Shown here: piece by piece, positions 7,034 to 14,998 of the stretch
Layout: every line of letters begins with the position of its first letter
How positions within the stretch are numbered: the stretch's first letter is position 1
Assembly: GCA_025839675.1 (NCBI GenBank)
Contig: CP104013.1
Coordinates: 90,001-122,000, forward strand
DNA length: 32,000 bases
Source: Candidatus Lokiarchaeum ossiferum
GTDB taxonomy: Archaea; Asgardarchaeota; Lokiarchaeia; Sigyniarchaeales; Promethearchaeaceae
Reading direction: 5' to 3'
The notes under the pieces: generated by a model
The model's input: only the letters and a program-made list of their open reading frames with translations
Databases searched by the model: none
What the model was told of the DNA's origin: nothing
Made by a program: the position numbers and the translations under genes

Positions 7034-8299
7034 ATGGTATCGGATAAAGAATACGAACGCGGTCCAGAATCGAATGGAGATTCTGTTGATGAATCTTTAA
7101 CTGAAGGTCCTGTTGAAGAACTTAGCGCCACTGCTGAAGAACTTCCTCCCGAACCTATTAAACTAGGTTTCAAGGAAATTGTGGAAAAAGAACTCGGCTT
7201 AATCAAAGTATGTGATTATATCGCTTCAAATCCTTTTGATTTAATATTTCAAACTAAATTAATTGAAAAATATTCAAAAGAAATCATCCATCCTTTAATA
7301 GGAGGTGAGGAAGCGCCAGAAGAATGTGACGGAGGTAGATTATTTCTCCGAGAAGAATATGAACAATTGAATATTGCTGAAAAAATGCAATCAATCATCA
7401 CCACTGGAGAATCCGTTGCTCGACAAAATGGAATCAAAGCCCATGTCCAAAAAACTATGAGTCGGTGGAGCTTGGTGATTTACGCCCTAGCGATGGTGAG
7501 TTATTTTGGTTTGATGACTTTGTTTCCTGAAGCGAATAGTACTTTTATCCTAATCCCAGTTTTTCTAATAATGTGTATGGGTCCACAATTCTTACGATCA
7601 TTTTTCACAAAGCGATGGGAAAAATTCAAATTAGCTCATACAAAAACTGTCCTGGAACAAGAACGCACCAATATTCAAGATTTAAAGACTTTTATTCAAG
7701 ATCTCATCAATGATACTCGGGAACGACTTCTAGATAATAAAGTCACTTTAGATAAAATCCAATTTGTTTTAGTGTCAAATGATTATGAAAATGTTCAATT
7801 TATTCGTTCCCAAGGTGGAACTCGCGGCCAACCTTTGAGTTCGGTTTATCAATTTTCCTATCCTGAAGGTATGGGCCCAAGCAATGTTCAATCTAATTAT
7901 GGGAAAAGCGGAATTCCTGAAGATGATAACGATAGTTTTGTATTGTTAAAAAATGCAACCTTCGATGATGATGGTACATTAAGCGAGTATTTGGCTGAAT
8001 ATCCTTCAAAAAATGATTTCCAACTCCCCGAAGCCTTATTAGGTGTCTCAAAATTTACTTCCGTTGATGATCCACGCGTTGTGATTCCATCTTTCCAAAG
8101 CAATTCTCGAATTCTTTGTGAATGTGGAGAACCAATTAAATTTACCGAAATGAAATCTTGTTCTTCAGCACTCCATAATAATTTTGAATTTTATTTGGTC
8201 ATTGGCGAAAAATGTAAATGTGGATTGAATCCGTTTGTTCTATTTAATTCTCCGGGCAATGCACAAGTTCCTGATGGATTGAAGCCTATATTTGAATAA
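7034..8299 (+). CDS. Hypothetical membrane protein (acidic N-terminus, 2 TM, C-terminal CxC...CxC)
   Basis: 421 aa with an ATG start. The N-terminus is acidic (DSVDESLTEGPVEELSATAEELPPEP). There are two adjacent hydrophobic helices (WSLVIYALAMVSYFGLMTLF, FILIPVFLIMCMGPQFL). The C-terminal Cys pairs are ILCECGEP...EKCKCGLNP. I recognise no family. Confidence 0.65.
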   Translation: MVSDKEYERGPESNGDSVDESLTEGPVEELSATAEELPPEPIKLGFKEIVEKELGLIKVCDYIASNPFDLIFQTKLIEKYSKEIIHPLIGGEEAPEECDGGRLFLREEYEQLNIAEKMQSIITTGESVARQNGIKAHVQKTMSRWSLVIYALAMVSYFGLMTLFPEANSTFILIPVFLIMCMGPQFLRSFFTKRWEKFKLAHTKTVLEQERTNIQDLKTFIQDLINDTRERLLDNKVTLDKIQFVLVSNDYENVQFIRSQGGTRGQPLSSVYQFSYPEGMGPSNVQSNYGKSGIPEDDNDSFVLLKNATFDDDGTLSEYLAEYPSKNDFQLPEALLGVSKFTSVDDPRVVIPSFQSNSRILCECGEPIKFTEMKSCSSALHNNFEFYLVIGEKCKCGLNPFVLFNSPGNAQVPDGLKPIFE

Positions 8300-8308
8300 T
8301 CTTATCCA

Positions 8309-8333
8309 TTTTTAAATATTTTTTTTTCTTTCT
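8309..8333. terminator. T-rich tract (T9) between convergent genes
   Basis: T9 at 8319-8327 lies within TTTTTAAATATTTTTTTTTCTTTCT, between the stops at 8299 (+) and 8362 (-). Confidence 0.35.
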
Positions 8334-8361
8334 GATTTGAAATCTTTTATGTGTGATAATT

Positions 8362-9753
8362 TTAAGAATCATCATCTTTTTCATAATATTTAAGCAGGCA
8401 TTTTAAGGCTTTAATTCCACGTTCTACTTCATCTACAAACACGGGGATTTGAAGATCAGTTCCAATCTCAATTATTCGATTTTGACCTTCTCTTTCCGCT
8501 TGGATTGTAATTGCAATAATTGGTTTATTAGGAAATCTTCGTTTGATATTTTCAAAAATTGAGAAGTTAAATTCAATTTCTGTAAAGAATTCTAATGCCA
8601 AAAATAGCGTTCCTACATTTTGATCTTGTAATAAGGAATTACTCGCATTATAATAGACTTGGCAAATTTGTGTCCCAACAAATTCTTTTGGAGGCCAAAA
8701 ATCAACCGGATTTCCAAGTGCACATGTTGAACCTCCTACTTTATCCAATATGGCATCACGATTTTCATTGGATAAAGGTGCGAGATGGATATTTTGGTTT
8801 CGCATTTCCGAAATGAGTAAATTTATCGCTCCTGAGGATGGACCAATTATTCCAACAGAATTATTTTTGGGAGGAGGACACCATAAGAATACTTTTGCAA
8901 ATTCAAAAAGTTCAATATAATTATCTACCTTAATTGCACCGGCTTGTTGAAATGCTTCCTCATGAATTTGATCTTTCCCGACACATTTATAGAGAACTGG
9001 CTTTTTTTGTTTATTTTTTAGCAAAACATCTATGAAGGTGGAAGGAATATCTTTTAAATATAAAATGATTAAGAGGGTGGCTTCATCTTCAAATAAGAAG
9101 TCCAAAATATCCGCTTCAGATATTGTAATACTTTTTCCAATATGAATTATTTTTGCAAAAGGAATTTTTTGACGGGGAGACCACCAGCCACAAGCTCCGG
9201 TAAGTCCACCGCTTTGAGCAAGAAAACTCACTCCTTTATCAGGTCGATTTTTTAAATTTGGCTGAATAATATGCGAGCGGGTTGGAATTACTGAAGAAGT
9301 AAAGCGATTTTGAAAATCTATGATTCCAATCATGGATGGACCCATTATTTGCAAGTCCCATTTTTTAGCAAGGTTTTCCAAATTAATAATCAGTTGTTCT
9401 GCTTCAAAGGGGGATTTTTTAACAGATGTATCTGTTTCAATCATGATTTTCTGAATGTTGTTTTGTCCCAAAAATTCTACAGTAGTTAAAATATTGTGCT
9501 GAGTTAAAATAATGGCTAAATCAGGTTGAGGGGAAATAGCATTTATCTCGTCTAGGGTCTTCAAACATTTAATTCCCATTAGTTCATCAGTAAAGGGGTG
9601 ATAAATATTGATTTTTCCACGATATTGTGCTTCTAATAAATTCTTCACAACCACTCCATTGAAAGTGTACTCATTCCGGGAAGCACCAATTATAATAATA
9701 GATTGTGGATTGAAGAAGGTTTTAAAACGATCTTCCAATGACCGAACTGCCAT
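8362..9753 (-). CDS. ADP-forming acyl-CoA synthetase alpha-subunit-like (CoA-binding + succinyl-CoA-ligase-like) protein, apparently lacking the phosphohistidine loop
   Basis: 463 aa. Family-matching segments are FFNPQSIIIIGASRNEYTFNG (CoA-binding Rossmann), LQIMGPSMIGII, SFLAQSGGLTGACGWW, IGKSITISEADILDFLFEDEATLLIILYLKDI and KKPVLYKCVGK-DQIHEEAFQQAGAIKVDNYIELFEFAKV. These follow the ACD-alpha order and length as I remember that family. Confidence 0.75.
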   Translation of the reverse strand: MAVRSLEDRFKTFFNPQSIIIIGASRNEYTFNGVVVKNLLEAQYRGKINIYHPFTDELMGIKCLKTLDEINAISPQPDLAIILTQHNILTTVEFLGQNNIQKIMIETDTSVKKSPFEAEQLIINLENLAKKWDLQIMGPSMIGIIDFQNRFTSSVIPTRSHIIQPNLKNRPDKGVSFLAQSGGLTGACGWWSPRQKIPFAKIIHIGKSITISEADILDFLFEDEATLLIILYLKDIPSTFIDVLLKNKQKKPVLYKCVGKDQIHEEAFQQAGAIKVDNYIELFEFAKVFLWCPPPKNNSVGIIGPSSGAINLLISEMRNQNIHLAPLSNENRDAILDKVGGSTCALGNPVDFWPPKEFVGTQICQVYYNASNSLLQDQNVGTLFLALEFFTEIEFNFSIFENIKRRFPNKPIIAITIQAEREGQNRIIEIGTDLQIPVFVDEVERGIKALKCLLKYYEKDDDS

Positions 9754-9924
9754 ATTATGTTTCTACCGTTAAACCTTTTTAATCCTTTTTACACCAATTC
9801 TTAATTATATCCGGAAATTCTTTTTATCTAAGTTTCGTATCTTCCTTATAAAAAAACCTTCAAAGCCAATTCTCCTTACCTTCCTCAAAACAACTTTTTT
9901 TTAGGATGTTTCCTAATCTTAACT

Positions 9925-10293
9925 ATGGATAAGAAGTTTGTTAATCCTGGAACTCCATTTAGTGATGCTGTGCGGTTTGGTAACTTACTTTTCATTTCAG
10001 GACAAGGTCCAAATTTACATGACGAAGTTCCTACTAGTATATCTGAACAAACACGGAATTGTTTAGAAAAGATAGAAAAAATTATAATGAAAGAAGATGG
10101 CAATGCTGAAAATATTTTAAAAATGACTGTATTTTGCACATCTGAAGTGTCAATTAATGATTTTCGAGCTGAATATACCCAATTTTTCCATGATCATCAT
10201 ATTTACAATTTTCCTGCTGCGAGCGCAGTAGTTGTAAGTAAACTCTTATATCCAAGCTGGAAAATTGAAATTGATGCAATTGCAGGACTATAA
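9925..10293 (+). CDS. RidA/YjgF/L-PSP family reactive-intermediate deaminase-like protein
   Basis: 122 aa. Family-typical segments are AVRFGNLLFISGQGP, ISEQTRNCLEKIEKIIMKEDGNAENILKMTVF and FPAASAVVVSKLLYPSWKIEIDAIA. Confidence 0.85.
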   Translation: MDKKFVNPGTPFSDAVRFGNLLFISGQGPNLHDEVPTSISEQTRNCLEKIEKIIMKEDGNAENILKMTVFCTSEVSINDFRAEYTQFFHDHHIYNFPAASAVVVSKLLYPSWKIEIDAIAGL

Positions 10294-10325
10294 GATAAAT
10301 ATTGTTTTAATTTTTACTTTCTACC

Positions 10326-11099
10326 CTATTTTATTTCTTTTGTTAAAATATTCCGAAATCGGGTCTTGGATATATAATGATCAGCAAAAATCTTTCCATT
10401 ATGAATTAGCACAAAAGTCCCGTAAAGTGAAGGTACTTGTTGTGCCATTTCTGGGGTTTTAATTTCATGTAATGTTAGGGAAAGATTCAAATCATCTGCA
10501 GTTTTCTGAAGATCGGGTAAAACACTGACATTATAGGGGCATTGTGCAGAATATATAATGTTTAGACCTTTGTAGTTAATGAGCATTTCTTCATTAATTT
10601 TAAACTTTGGAAGACTATTTTTATGAAATTGATGTACCATTAGATTAAATCTATCATAACTTTCGATTTCTTTGAAAGAGTTTTTTATAAAGATTGACTT
10701 TCCTGCAAGCCAAGATCCTTCAGAAGTGACAGTTACTACTCCTTTCATTCCTTTTTCCTGGGCATACTCCTCGATTTCTTTAAGTAATTTTGAAGCATAG
10801 CCCAATTGCCGAAGTTTTTTTGCTTTAGTATATATGCATTGAATGAACATATATCCTTTAGCCTCAATCGGTCTCCATGCAAATTCCCCTGGTATTGCTT
10901 CAATATACCCTTGAGTTTTTCCATCTACTTGGAGAAGTCGAATGATTAATCCATTTTTAAATTGCTCTGTTAACCATGCAAATTTTGCTTGGTAACCAGG
11001 ATGCTTTTTATTCGTATTGCATAAAAATCCATATTTTGAGAGATTTGTCTCATCAACCTCAATAATTTCAATATTACCCATATTTCCCATATCTAACAA
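10326..11099 (-). CDS. GNAT N-acetyltransferase with C-terminal YoaP-like domain
   Basis: 257 aa. GNAT motif A is RQLGYASKLLKEIEEYAQEKGMKGVV. The C-terminal CPYNVSVLPDLQKTA..HEIKTPEMAQQVPSLYGTFVLIHNGKIFADHYIS resembles the YoaP-like domain. Confidence 0.8.
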   Translation of the reverse strand: MLDMGNMGNIEIIEVDETNLSKYGFLCNTNKKHPGYQAKFAWLTEQFKNGLIIRLLQVDGKTQGYIEAIPGEFAWRPIEAKGYMFIQCIYTKAKKLRQLGYASKLLKEIEEYAQEKGMKGVVTVTSEGSWLAGKSIFIKNSFKEIESYDRFNLMVHQFHKNSLPKFKINEEMLINYKGLNIIYSAQCPYNVSVLPDLQKTADDLNLSLTLHEIKTPEMAQQVPSLYGTFVLIHNGKIFADHYISKTRFRNILTKEIK

Positions 11100-11179
11100 A
11101 CAATTTTTTTTTTACTAAAAACTTACTCCCTCTTTAGTTTATTTATTTGTTTCTGCCAAAAAAATCCATAAGAAGAAAA

Positions 11180-11215
11180 GAAAAAAAAATGATACCTTCC
11201 TTAATAAAAAGGAAG
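11180..11215 (-). terminator. Hairpin plus T10 tract downstream of the HAAS gene (intrinsic-terminator-like)
   Basis: On the minus strand, CTTCCTT-TTTATT-AAGGAAG (11196-11215) is followed 6 nt later by T10 (the A-run at 11180-11189 on the plus strand). It starts 15 nt after the stop at 11230. Confidence 0.45.
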
Positions 11216-11229
11216 AAATCTGGACTTTT

Positions 11230-12294
11230 TTAGTTAAAAGTGGTTTTAGCCTTCAATTCTATGTACTTATTTAATCTCATCTCGTATGTGAAAAGTTTAA
11301 CCACGTATGCTACAATTTTTAGGATAGAACCAAAAATTATGAAATACAATATCCATTTTGCAATGAATGAAGCATTCCATCCCCATTTAAACACACTTGA
11401 AAAAACTTGCAAAGCTTCAGGATCGGCAAGCATATTTCTTGAAAGGGGAATATAGAAGTAACTAATGAGAATTGTTAGAATGAAAAATATCCTTTGGGCA
11501 ATAACTCTTTGCATTCCAGCAAAAACTTGAGCAAGTTTAATGAGAGCCCCGCATAAATCTAAAATACCCCAGAAAATAATAATGCTCAGGAAGGCTGGGG
11601 TAAAATTGAGGTTCAATTCCTGGAAAGGTTGGATGATGAAAATTATTGCCCAAATTATTTCCCAAATGCCACTTGATAATAGATGCTTAGTATCTAAAGG
11701 TAATTTTTCGTCCCAATTGATATAATGACGACTTTTGTTCTTCTTCCCATGATGATGTTCTCTATGATATCTCTCTCGATGCTTTTTGCCTTCTTCTTTT
11801 AAATCACTGGGTAGGAAACCTTCCCATGATAATGCGATAAAAATAATGGAGATGCTAAGTAAAATGGTTAAAAATGCGGACCATAAGTTGTATCCTGTAG
11901 TGAATACATCCCAAAATGGTTGAGAATTTCGAATTATGTAAATGATCGAAATTATTAGTATACCTATCATACAGATTCCAATACCGCCAATAACTTTCTT
12001 GTAATACGGCCACCATTCTTTGCTGATAAAAATATGCGGTGTCCCTCGTTTGCGATATTCTTTAGCAATAGTATCTGGAGTTCCCATTGATTGAATCGCT
12101 TGATAAAGATGTGATTCTGAAACAACTTCTTCTTGAGCTAAATCTTCCGCTTTATCCCAGATATGTTCTTCTATCTCATTAATTATACTTTGTCTTTCTT
12201 TGGGATTCTCTTTTAACCAACCAGGTAGTTTTTCTTCGATTTGATGTAAATATTCGTTTACTATAATTTGATTTTCATTTTTTTGAGTATTCAT
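11230..12294 (-). CDS. HAAS/DUF1700-type membrane sensor partner of PadR (N-terminal helical domain plus multiple TM helices)
   Basis: The track ORF runs to 12360, but the ATG at 12294 forms an ATGA overlap with the PadR stop. The protein then begins MNTQKNENQIIVNEYLHQIEEKLPGWL..RQSIINEIEEHIWDKAE..MGTPDTIAKEY, a typical DUF1700/HAAS N-terminus. At least 6 hydrophobic helices follow, plus a basic His-rich loop KKHRERYHREHHHGKKNKSRH. Confidence 0.8.
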   Translation of the reverse strand: MNTQKNENQIIVNEYLHQIEEKLPGWLKENPKERQSIINEIEEHIWDKAEDLAQEEVVSESHLYQAIQSMGTPDTIAKEYRKRGTPHIFISKEWWPYYKKVIGGIGICMIGILIISIIYIIRNSQPFWDVFTTGYNLWSAFLTILLSISIIFIALSWEGFLPSDLKEEGKKHRERYHREHHHGKKNKSRHYINWDEKLPLDTKHLLSSGIWEIIWAIIFIIQPFQELNLNFTPAFLSIIIFWGILDLCGALIKLAQVFAGMQRVIAQRIFFILTILISYFYIPLSRNMLADPEALQVFSSVFKWGWNASFIAKWILYFIIFGSILKIVAYVVKLFTYEMRLNKYIELKAKTTFN

Positions 12295-12845
12295 AAATGC
12301 CCCTCCATATCTTCTTCTCCACGGAGAATACCTTCTAAATTGAAACCACATACTTCGCAAAATTTAATTTGCTTATCAAGGATGTCAATCTTGTTGGCAC
12401 AGTTAGGACAAAAAAAGTAATTTTCTTCTGGTAAACTTACTGTTATATCAAATAATCCTGCAATCGATTCAATAAGTTTGGAGAAAAAACCGTTTAAATG
12501 ATTGGAAATTTTCGCTCCCTCATTGGTAATGAAATAATATTTTCTTCGCCTTCCTTGATCCGAAATTCGAGCTTCCGCATCAATTAAACCTTCTTTTACA
12601 AGTTTTTTCAATAAAGGATACAATGTCCCTTCTTCAATAACTAACATATTTTTCGAAGATTTTTCAATTTCTTTCAACATCTGGTAGCCATAAATTCCGG
12701 TAGGACTGAAATCTTCAATAATTTTTAGAATTGTTAATGTAGAAATTCCCCGTAGTATTTCAGACTCCGATTTTTCCAAATAATTCCGGAAGGATTCAGA
12801 ATTGATAAGAGCTTCAGGTTGAAATTGTTTTATTCGTTTAATCAT
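12291..12845 (-). CDS. PadR-family winged-helix transcriptional regulator with C-terminal zinc ribbon
   Basis: 184 aa. The PadR core is ILKIIEDFSPTGIYGYQMLKEIEKSS..VIEEGTLYPLLKKLVKEGLIDAEARISDQGRRRKYYFITNEGAK. The C-terminus carries CPNC...(14)...CEVC. Confidence 0.88.
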   Translation of the reverse strand: MIKRIKQFQPEALINSESFRNYLEKSESEILRGISTLTILKIIEDFSPTGIYGYQMLKEIEKSSKNMLVIEEGTLYPLLKKLVKEGLIDAEARISDQGRRRKYYFITNEGAKISNHLNGFFSKLIESIAGLFDITVSLPEENYFFCPNCANKIDILDKQIKFCEVCGFNLEGILRGEEDMEGHL

Positions 12846-12892
12846 CTTAATTCATTTTTTATTTAAATTTAAATCAGTGTAAATATAGATCA

Positions 12893-12915
12893 TATACTAT
12901 GCATAATATAGTATA
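12893..12915. promoter_or_regulatory. Inverted repeat TATACTAT-N7-ATAGTATA upstream of the PadR-HAAS operon; candidate PadR operator
   Basis: Perfect 8-bp arms (12893-12900 and 12908-12915), 48-70 nt upstream of the PadR ATG (12845). PadR regulators typically autoregulate through palindromic operators. Confidence 0.35.
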
Positions 12916-13071
12916 ACACCTATAAAAACGTTTACAAAAATATTTTTTTTTTGAATTTTGTTATTCATAGATAGATTACTTAAAATTTATCTAATATATC
13001 CAATCTAAAATTATCTATGAGATTTGAATTGCTTATTTCTATTAACACAATTTTCGTAAGCATCCCTTTAC

Positions 13072-13815
13072 TCAAGAAATTTCTACTATGTGATTCCATT
13101 TGGAATATCTCGGATATGAAAATTTAGAATTGTGTGCTGGATTATTTTTTCTTTTTTCTCGTTTGCGCTTTTTTCGTTCCTTTCCACTCTCAAATCTACT
13201 AAAATCATCAATAAATAGACCTAAATCCGCTTGTTTAATATTGCTGATCTTTCTTCCTCTTTGAATAGGTGCTGATCGCCGCTCAAATTTCCGATGATAT
13301 ACTCTGGCTATTTCCTTGATAATATTGTCTGAAACTATGAAAGTGACACTCGAATTTTCAAGAAACATTGTTTCAATCCGACTACGCATGGATCGCGAAT
13401 GGTCACAGAAGTGAAGTAAAATATTTGAATCCAGAAGAACAAATGCATCCGCGGGGATTGAAGCGATATCTTCAGGCCAAAAAGCATCGTAAGCTAAATA
13501 TTTGTGAATATCTGCCAAAATATGATGATCTAATGAAACAGCGCCCCATTGGTTTTCAGCTGCTAAATACGCCAAAATCCAATCATCCAAGGCAAATGGC
13601 AATTTTCTATAAGGATGTTGCCCCTGAATTACTCCATATTGATGCTCATATAAATTAATTTTCGCTTGGGGCAAGGAAAGGGTGAATAACTCCTTTATGA
13701 TTATTTTCGGAACATTTAATTTCTGGAGGAAACTTGTGGTAGTACTGTTTTTGGATAGCTTCTCCAATACATGACAGTTTTCTAAACAAAAGGTAAATTC
13801 CGAGCAAATTGACAT
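13072..13815 (-). CDS. Hypothetical protein; possible PIN-like domain in the C-terminal half, followed by a lysine/arginine-rich tail
   Basis: 247 aa with an ATG start. FVLLDSNILLHF....VTFIVSDNIIKEIARVY resembles PIN strand-1 Asp and later acidic positions, but the match is weak. The basic tail is GKERKKRKREKRKNNP. Confidence 0.5.
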   Translation of the reverse strand: MSICSEFTFCLENCHVLEKLSKNSTTTSFLQKLNVPKIIIKELFTLSLPQAKINLYEHQYGVIQGQHPYRKLPFALDDWILAYLAAENQWGAVSLDHHILADIHKYLAYDAFWPEDIASIPADAFVLLDSNILLHFCDHSRSMRSRIETMFLENSSVTFIVSDNIIKEIARVYHRKFERRSAPIQRGRKISNIKQADLGLFIDDFSRFESGKERKKRKREKRKNNPAHNSKFSYPRYSKWNHIVEIS

Positions 13816-13890
13816 AATTCAAGATATTTTAAAAAAATGGACTTAAAAGGATCGATTTTTTTTAATAGGAGTATGAAATTGTATTTCTCA

Positions 13891-14427
13891 TTAAAATTCC
13901 TTCTTTTCTTGTCTGAAAATATTTAATAATTCACCATCTTCTTCTATTTGCATTTTATACTTGAAATTCAATCGTTTTAATAAGGCTATGGATTTTTTAT
14001 TTGATGGATTTGTATAGGCTTCAATTATCTCCAAATGAAGTTCATTAAATCCATATAAGATTACACGTGATAATACTTCTGTCATAATGCCTTTTCCTGT
14101 ATTTCCTGAAAATAATCCATAGCCCAGTTCTGCTTTAGAACATTTTTGATCAAAATTCCATATCGAAACGGTTCCAACAATGTGGTTATTGTTTTTTTTG
14201 GTAATTGCCCAAATAATCCATTTATTTTGGATCACCCCTTGGTTTTTCTCTTCAATATATTTCCGCGCTTGGGACAAGTTGGTATAAACCGGCATATTGA
14301 CATACAAGAAATTGATCTTATTGGATTGATACTCAAAAATTGCTTGCGCATCTTTTTCCTGCAATTGTCTTAATTTGTAATATTTTGATTCTAATACTGG
14401 AAAGTGAGTAAAATCTAATCCAATCAT
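13891..14427 (-). CDS. GNAT N-acetyltransferase, RimJ/RimL-like
   Basis: 178 aa. Family-typical segments are YKLRQLQEKDAQAIFEY, IVGTVSIWNFDQKCSKAELGYGL, GNTGKGIMTEVLSRVILYGFNELHLEIIEAYTNPSNKKSIALLKRLNFKY. Confidence 0.85.
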   Translation of the reverse strand: MIGLDFTHFPVLESKYYKLRQLQEKDAQAIFEYQSNKINFLYVNMPVYTNLSQARKYIEEKNQGVIQNKWIIWAITKKNNNHIVGTVSIWNFDQKCSKAELGYGLFSGNTGKGIMTEVLSRVILYGFNELHLEIIEAYTNPSNKKSIALLKRLNFKYKMQIEEDGELLNIFRQEKKEF

Positions 14428-14603
14428 ATCAATTCAAATTCAAACTGAAATTTAATTTTATTTATGTGTAGTATGACTTGGTCAACTAAGTTAGAAAATA
14501 GTCTTTCAAGTGAGGCTTATTTTTTTTTCCTTAAACCTTTTAGTTTTGAGTAAAAAATCAAAACAATATTTTATCCTAAAATCGAATTTATTTTAAGGGA
14601 TAG

Positions 14604-14618
14604 AGTAGAAGTTCTACT
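14604..14618 (+). promoter_or_regulatory. Palindrome AGTAGAA-G-TTCTACT abutting the start codon at 14619
   Basis: The 7-bp arms end one nt before the ATG. It could sequester the translation-initiation region or act as an operator. Confidence 0.2.
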
Positions 14619-14933
14619 ATGGCTAACAATGATTTGGTAAAAATTTTAGCTTTCATCGGGGGAATTCTCGGTGTTGTTAATGGCGTTATGGCATTTTTTG
14701 GAGTTTTAAATCCATATAGCACATTGCTTCGAATTTTATTCGGGATACTATCAATTTTACTCGGATTGATGGTAATTGTCAGTTCTGGATATATTAAAAT
14801 TTCCTTACCTTTTAGTATACCATTTGAAAAAGTGCCTTTGCTAATTGTGGGAATTGTTTTCTTAGTATTTGGCTCTTGGTTTGCTGGAGTTTTGATAATA
14901 ATTGCAGCAATACTCCTATTTTTGAATAAATAG
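14619..14933 (+). CDS. Small 3-TM membrane protein
   Basis: 104 aa, almost entirely hydrophobic helices (ILAFIGGILGVVNGVMAFFGV, ILFGILSILLGLMVIVSSGYI, LLIVGIVFLVFGSWFAGVLIIIAAILLF). T6 and T7 runs follow the stop. Confidence 0.6.
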   Translation: MANNDLVKILAFIGGILGVVNGVMAFFGVLNPYSTLLRILFGILSILLGLMVIVSSGYIKISLPFSIPFEKVPLLIVGIVFLVFGSWFAGVLIIIAAILLFLNK

Positions 14934-14975
14934 ACCTTTTTTAAGTTTATTTTTTTAGAAAATTTTTTCTTTTAT
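14934..14975 (+). terminator. Oligo-T runs after the small membrane protein gene
   Basis: T6 at 14937-14942, T7 at 14950-14956 and T6 at 14963-14968 directly follow the stop at 14933. Confidence 0.35.
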
Positions 14976-14998
14976 TATTCAGGAACTTTGAAAGTATT

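Noticed and set aside
6862-7206. 114-aa minus-strand ORF overlapping the start of the 7034..8299 gene
   Set aside because: It is a serine-rich, low-complexity antisense translation of the acidic N-terminus of the plus-strand gene. The remainder lies in an AT-rich spacer, and it has no start-site support.
10265-10462. 65-aa plus-strand ORF overlapping the 3' end of the GNAT-YoaP gene, plus similar short ORFs (8595..8816, 9885..10139, 11240..11455, 11540..11725, 13368..13658, 14146..14373, 21350..21553, 21469..21816, 21948..22249, 22777..22983, 24936..25365, 26352..26552, 27029..27232, 27815..28021, 28383..28622, 30805..31059, 31735..31974)
   Set aside because: All are nested in, or antisense to, longer ORFs with recognisable family motifs or coherent membrane topology. 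None has independent support.
12295-12360. 22-codon N-terminal extension of the HAAS-type ORF (MRSMWFQFRRYSPWRRRYGGAF)
   Set aside because: It overlaps the PadR C-terminus in another frame. The ATG at 12294 gives a canonical ATGA stop/start overlap and a typical DUF1700-type N-terminus.
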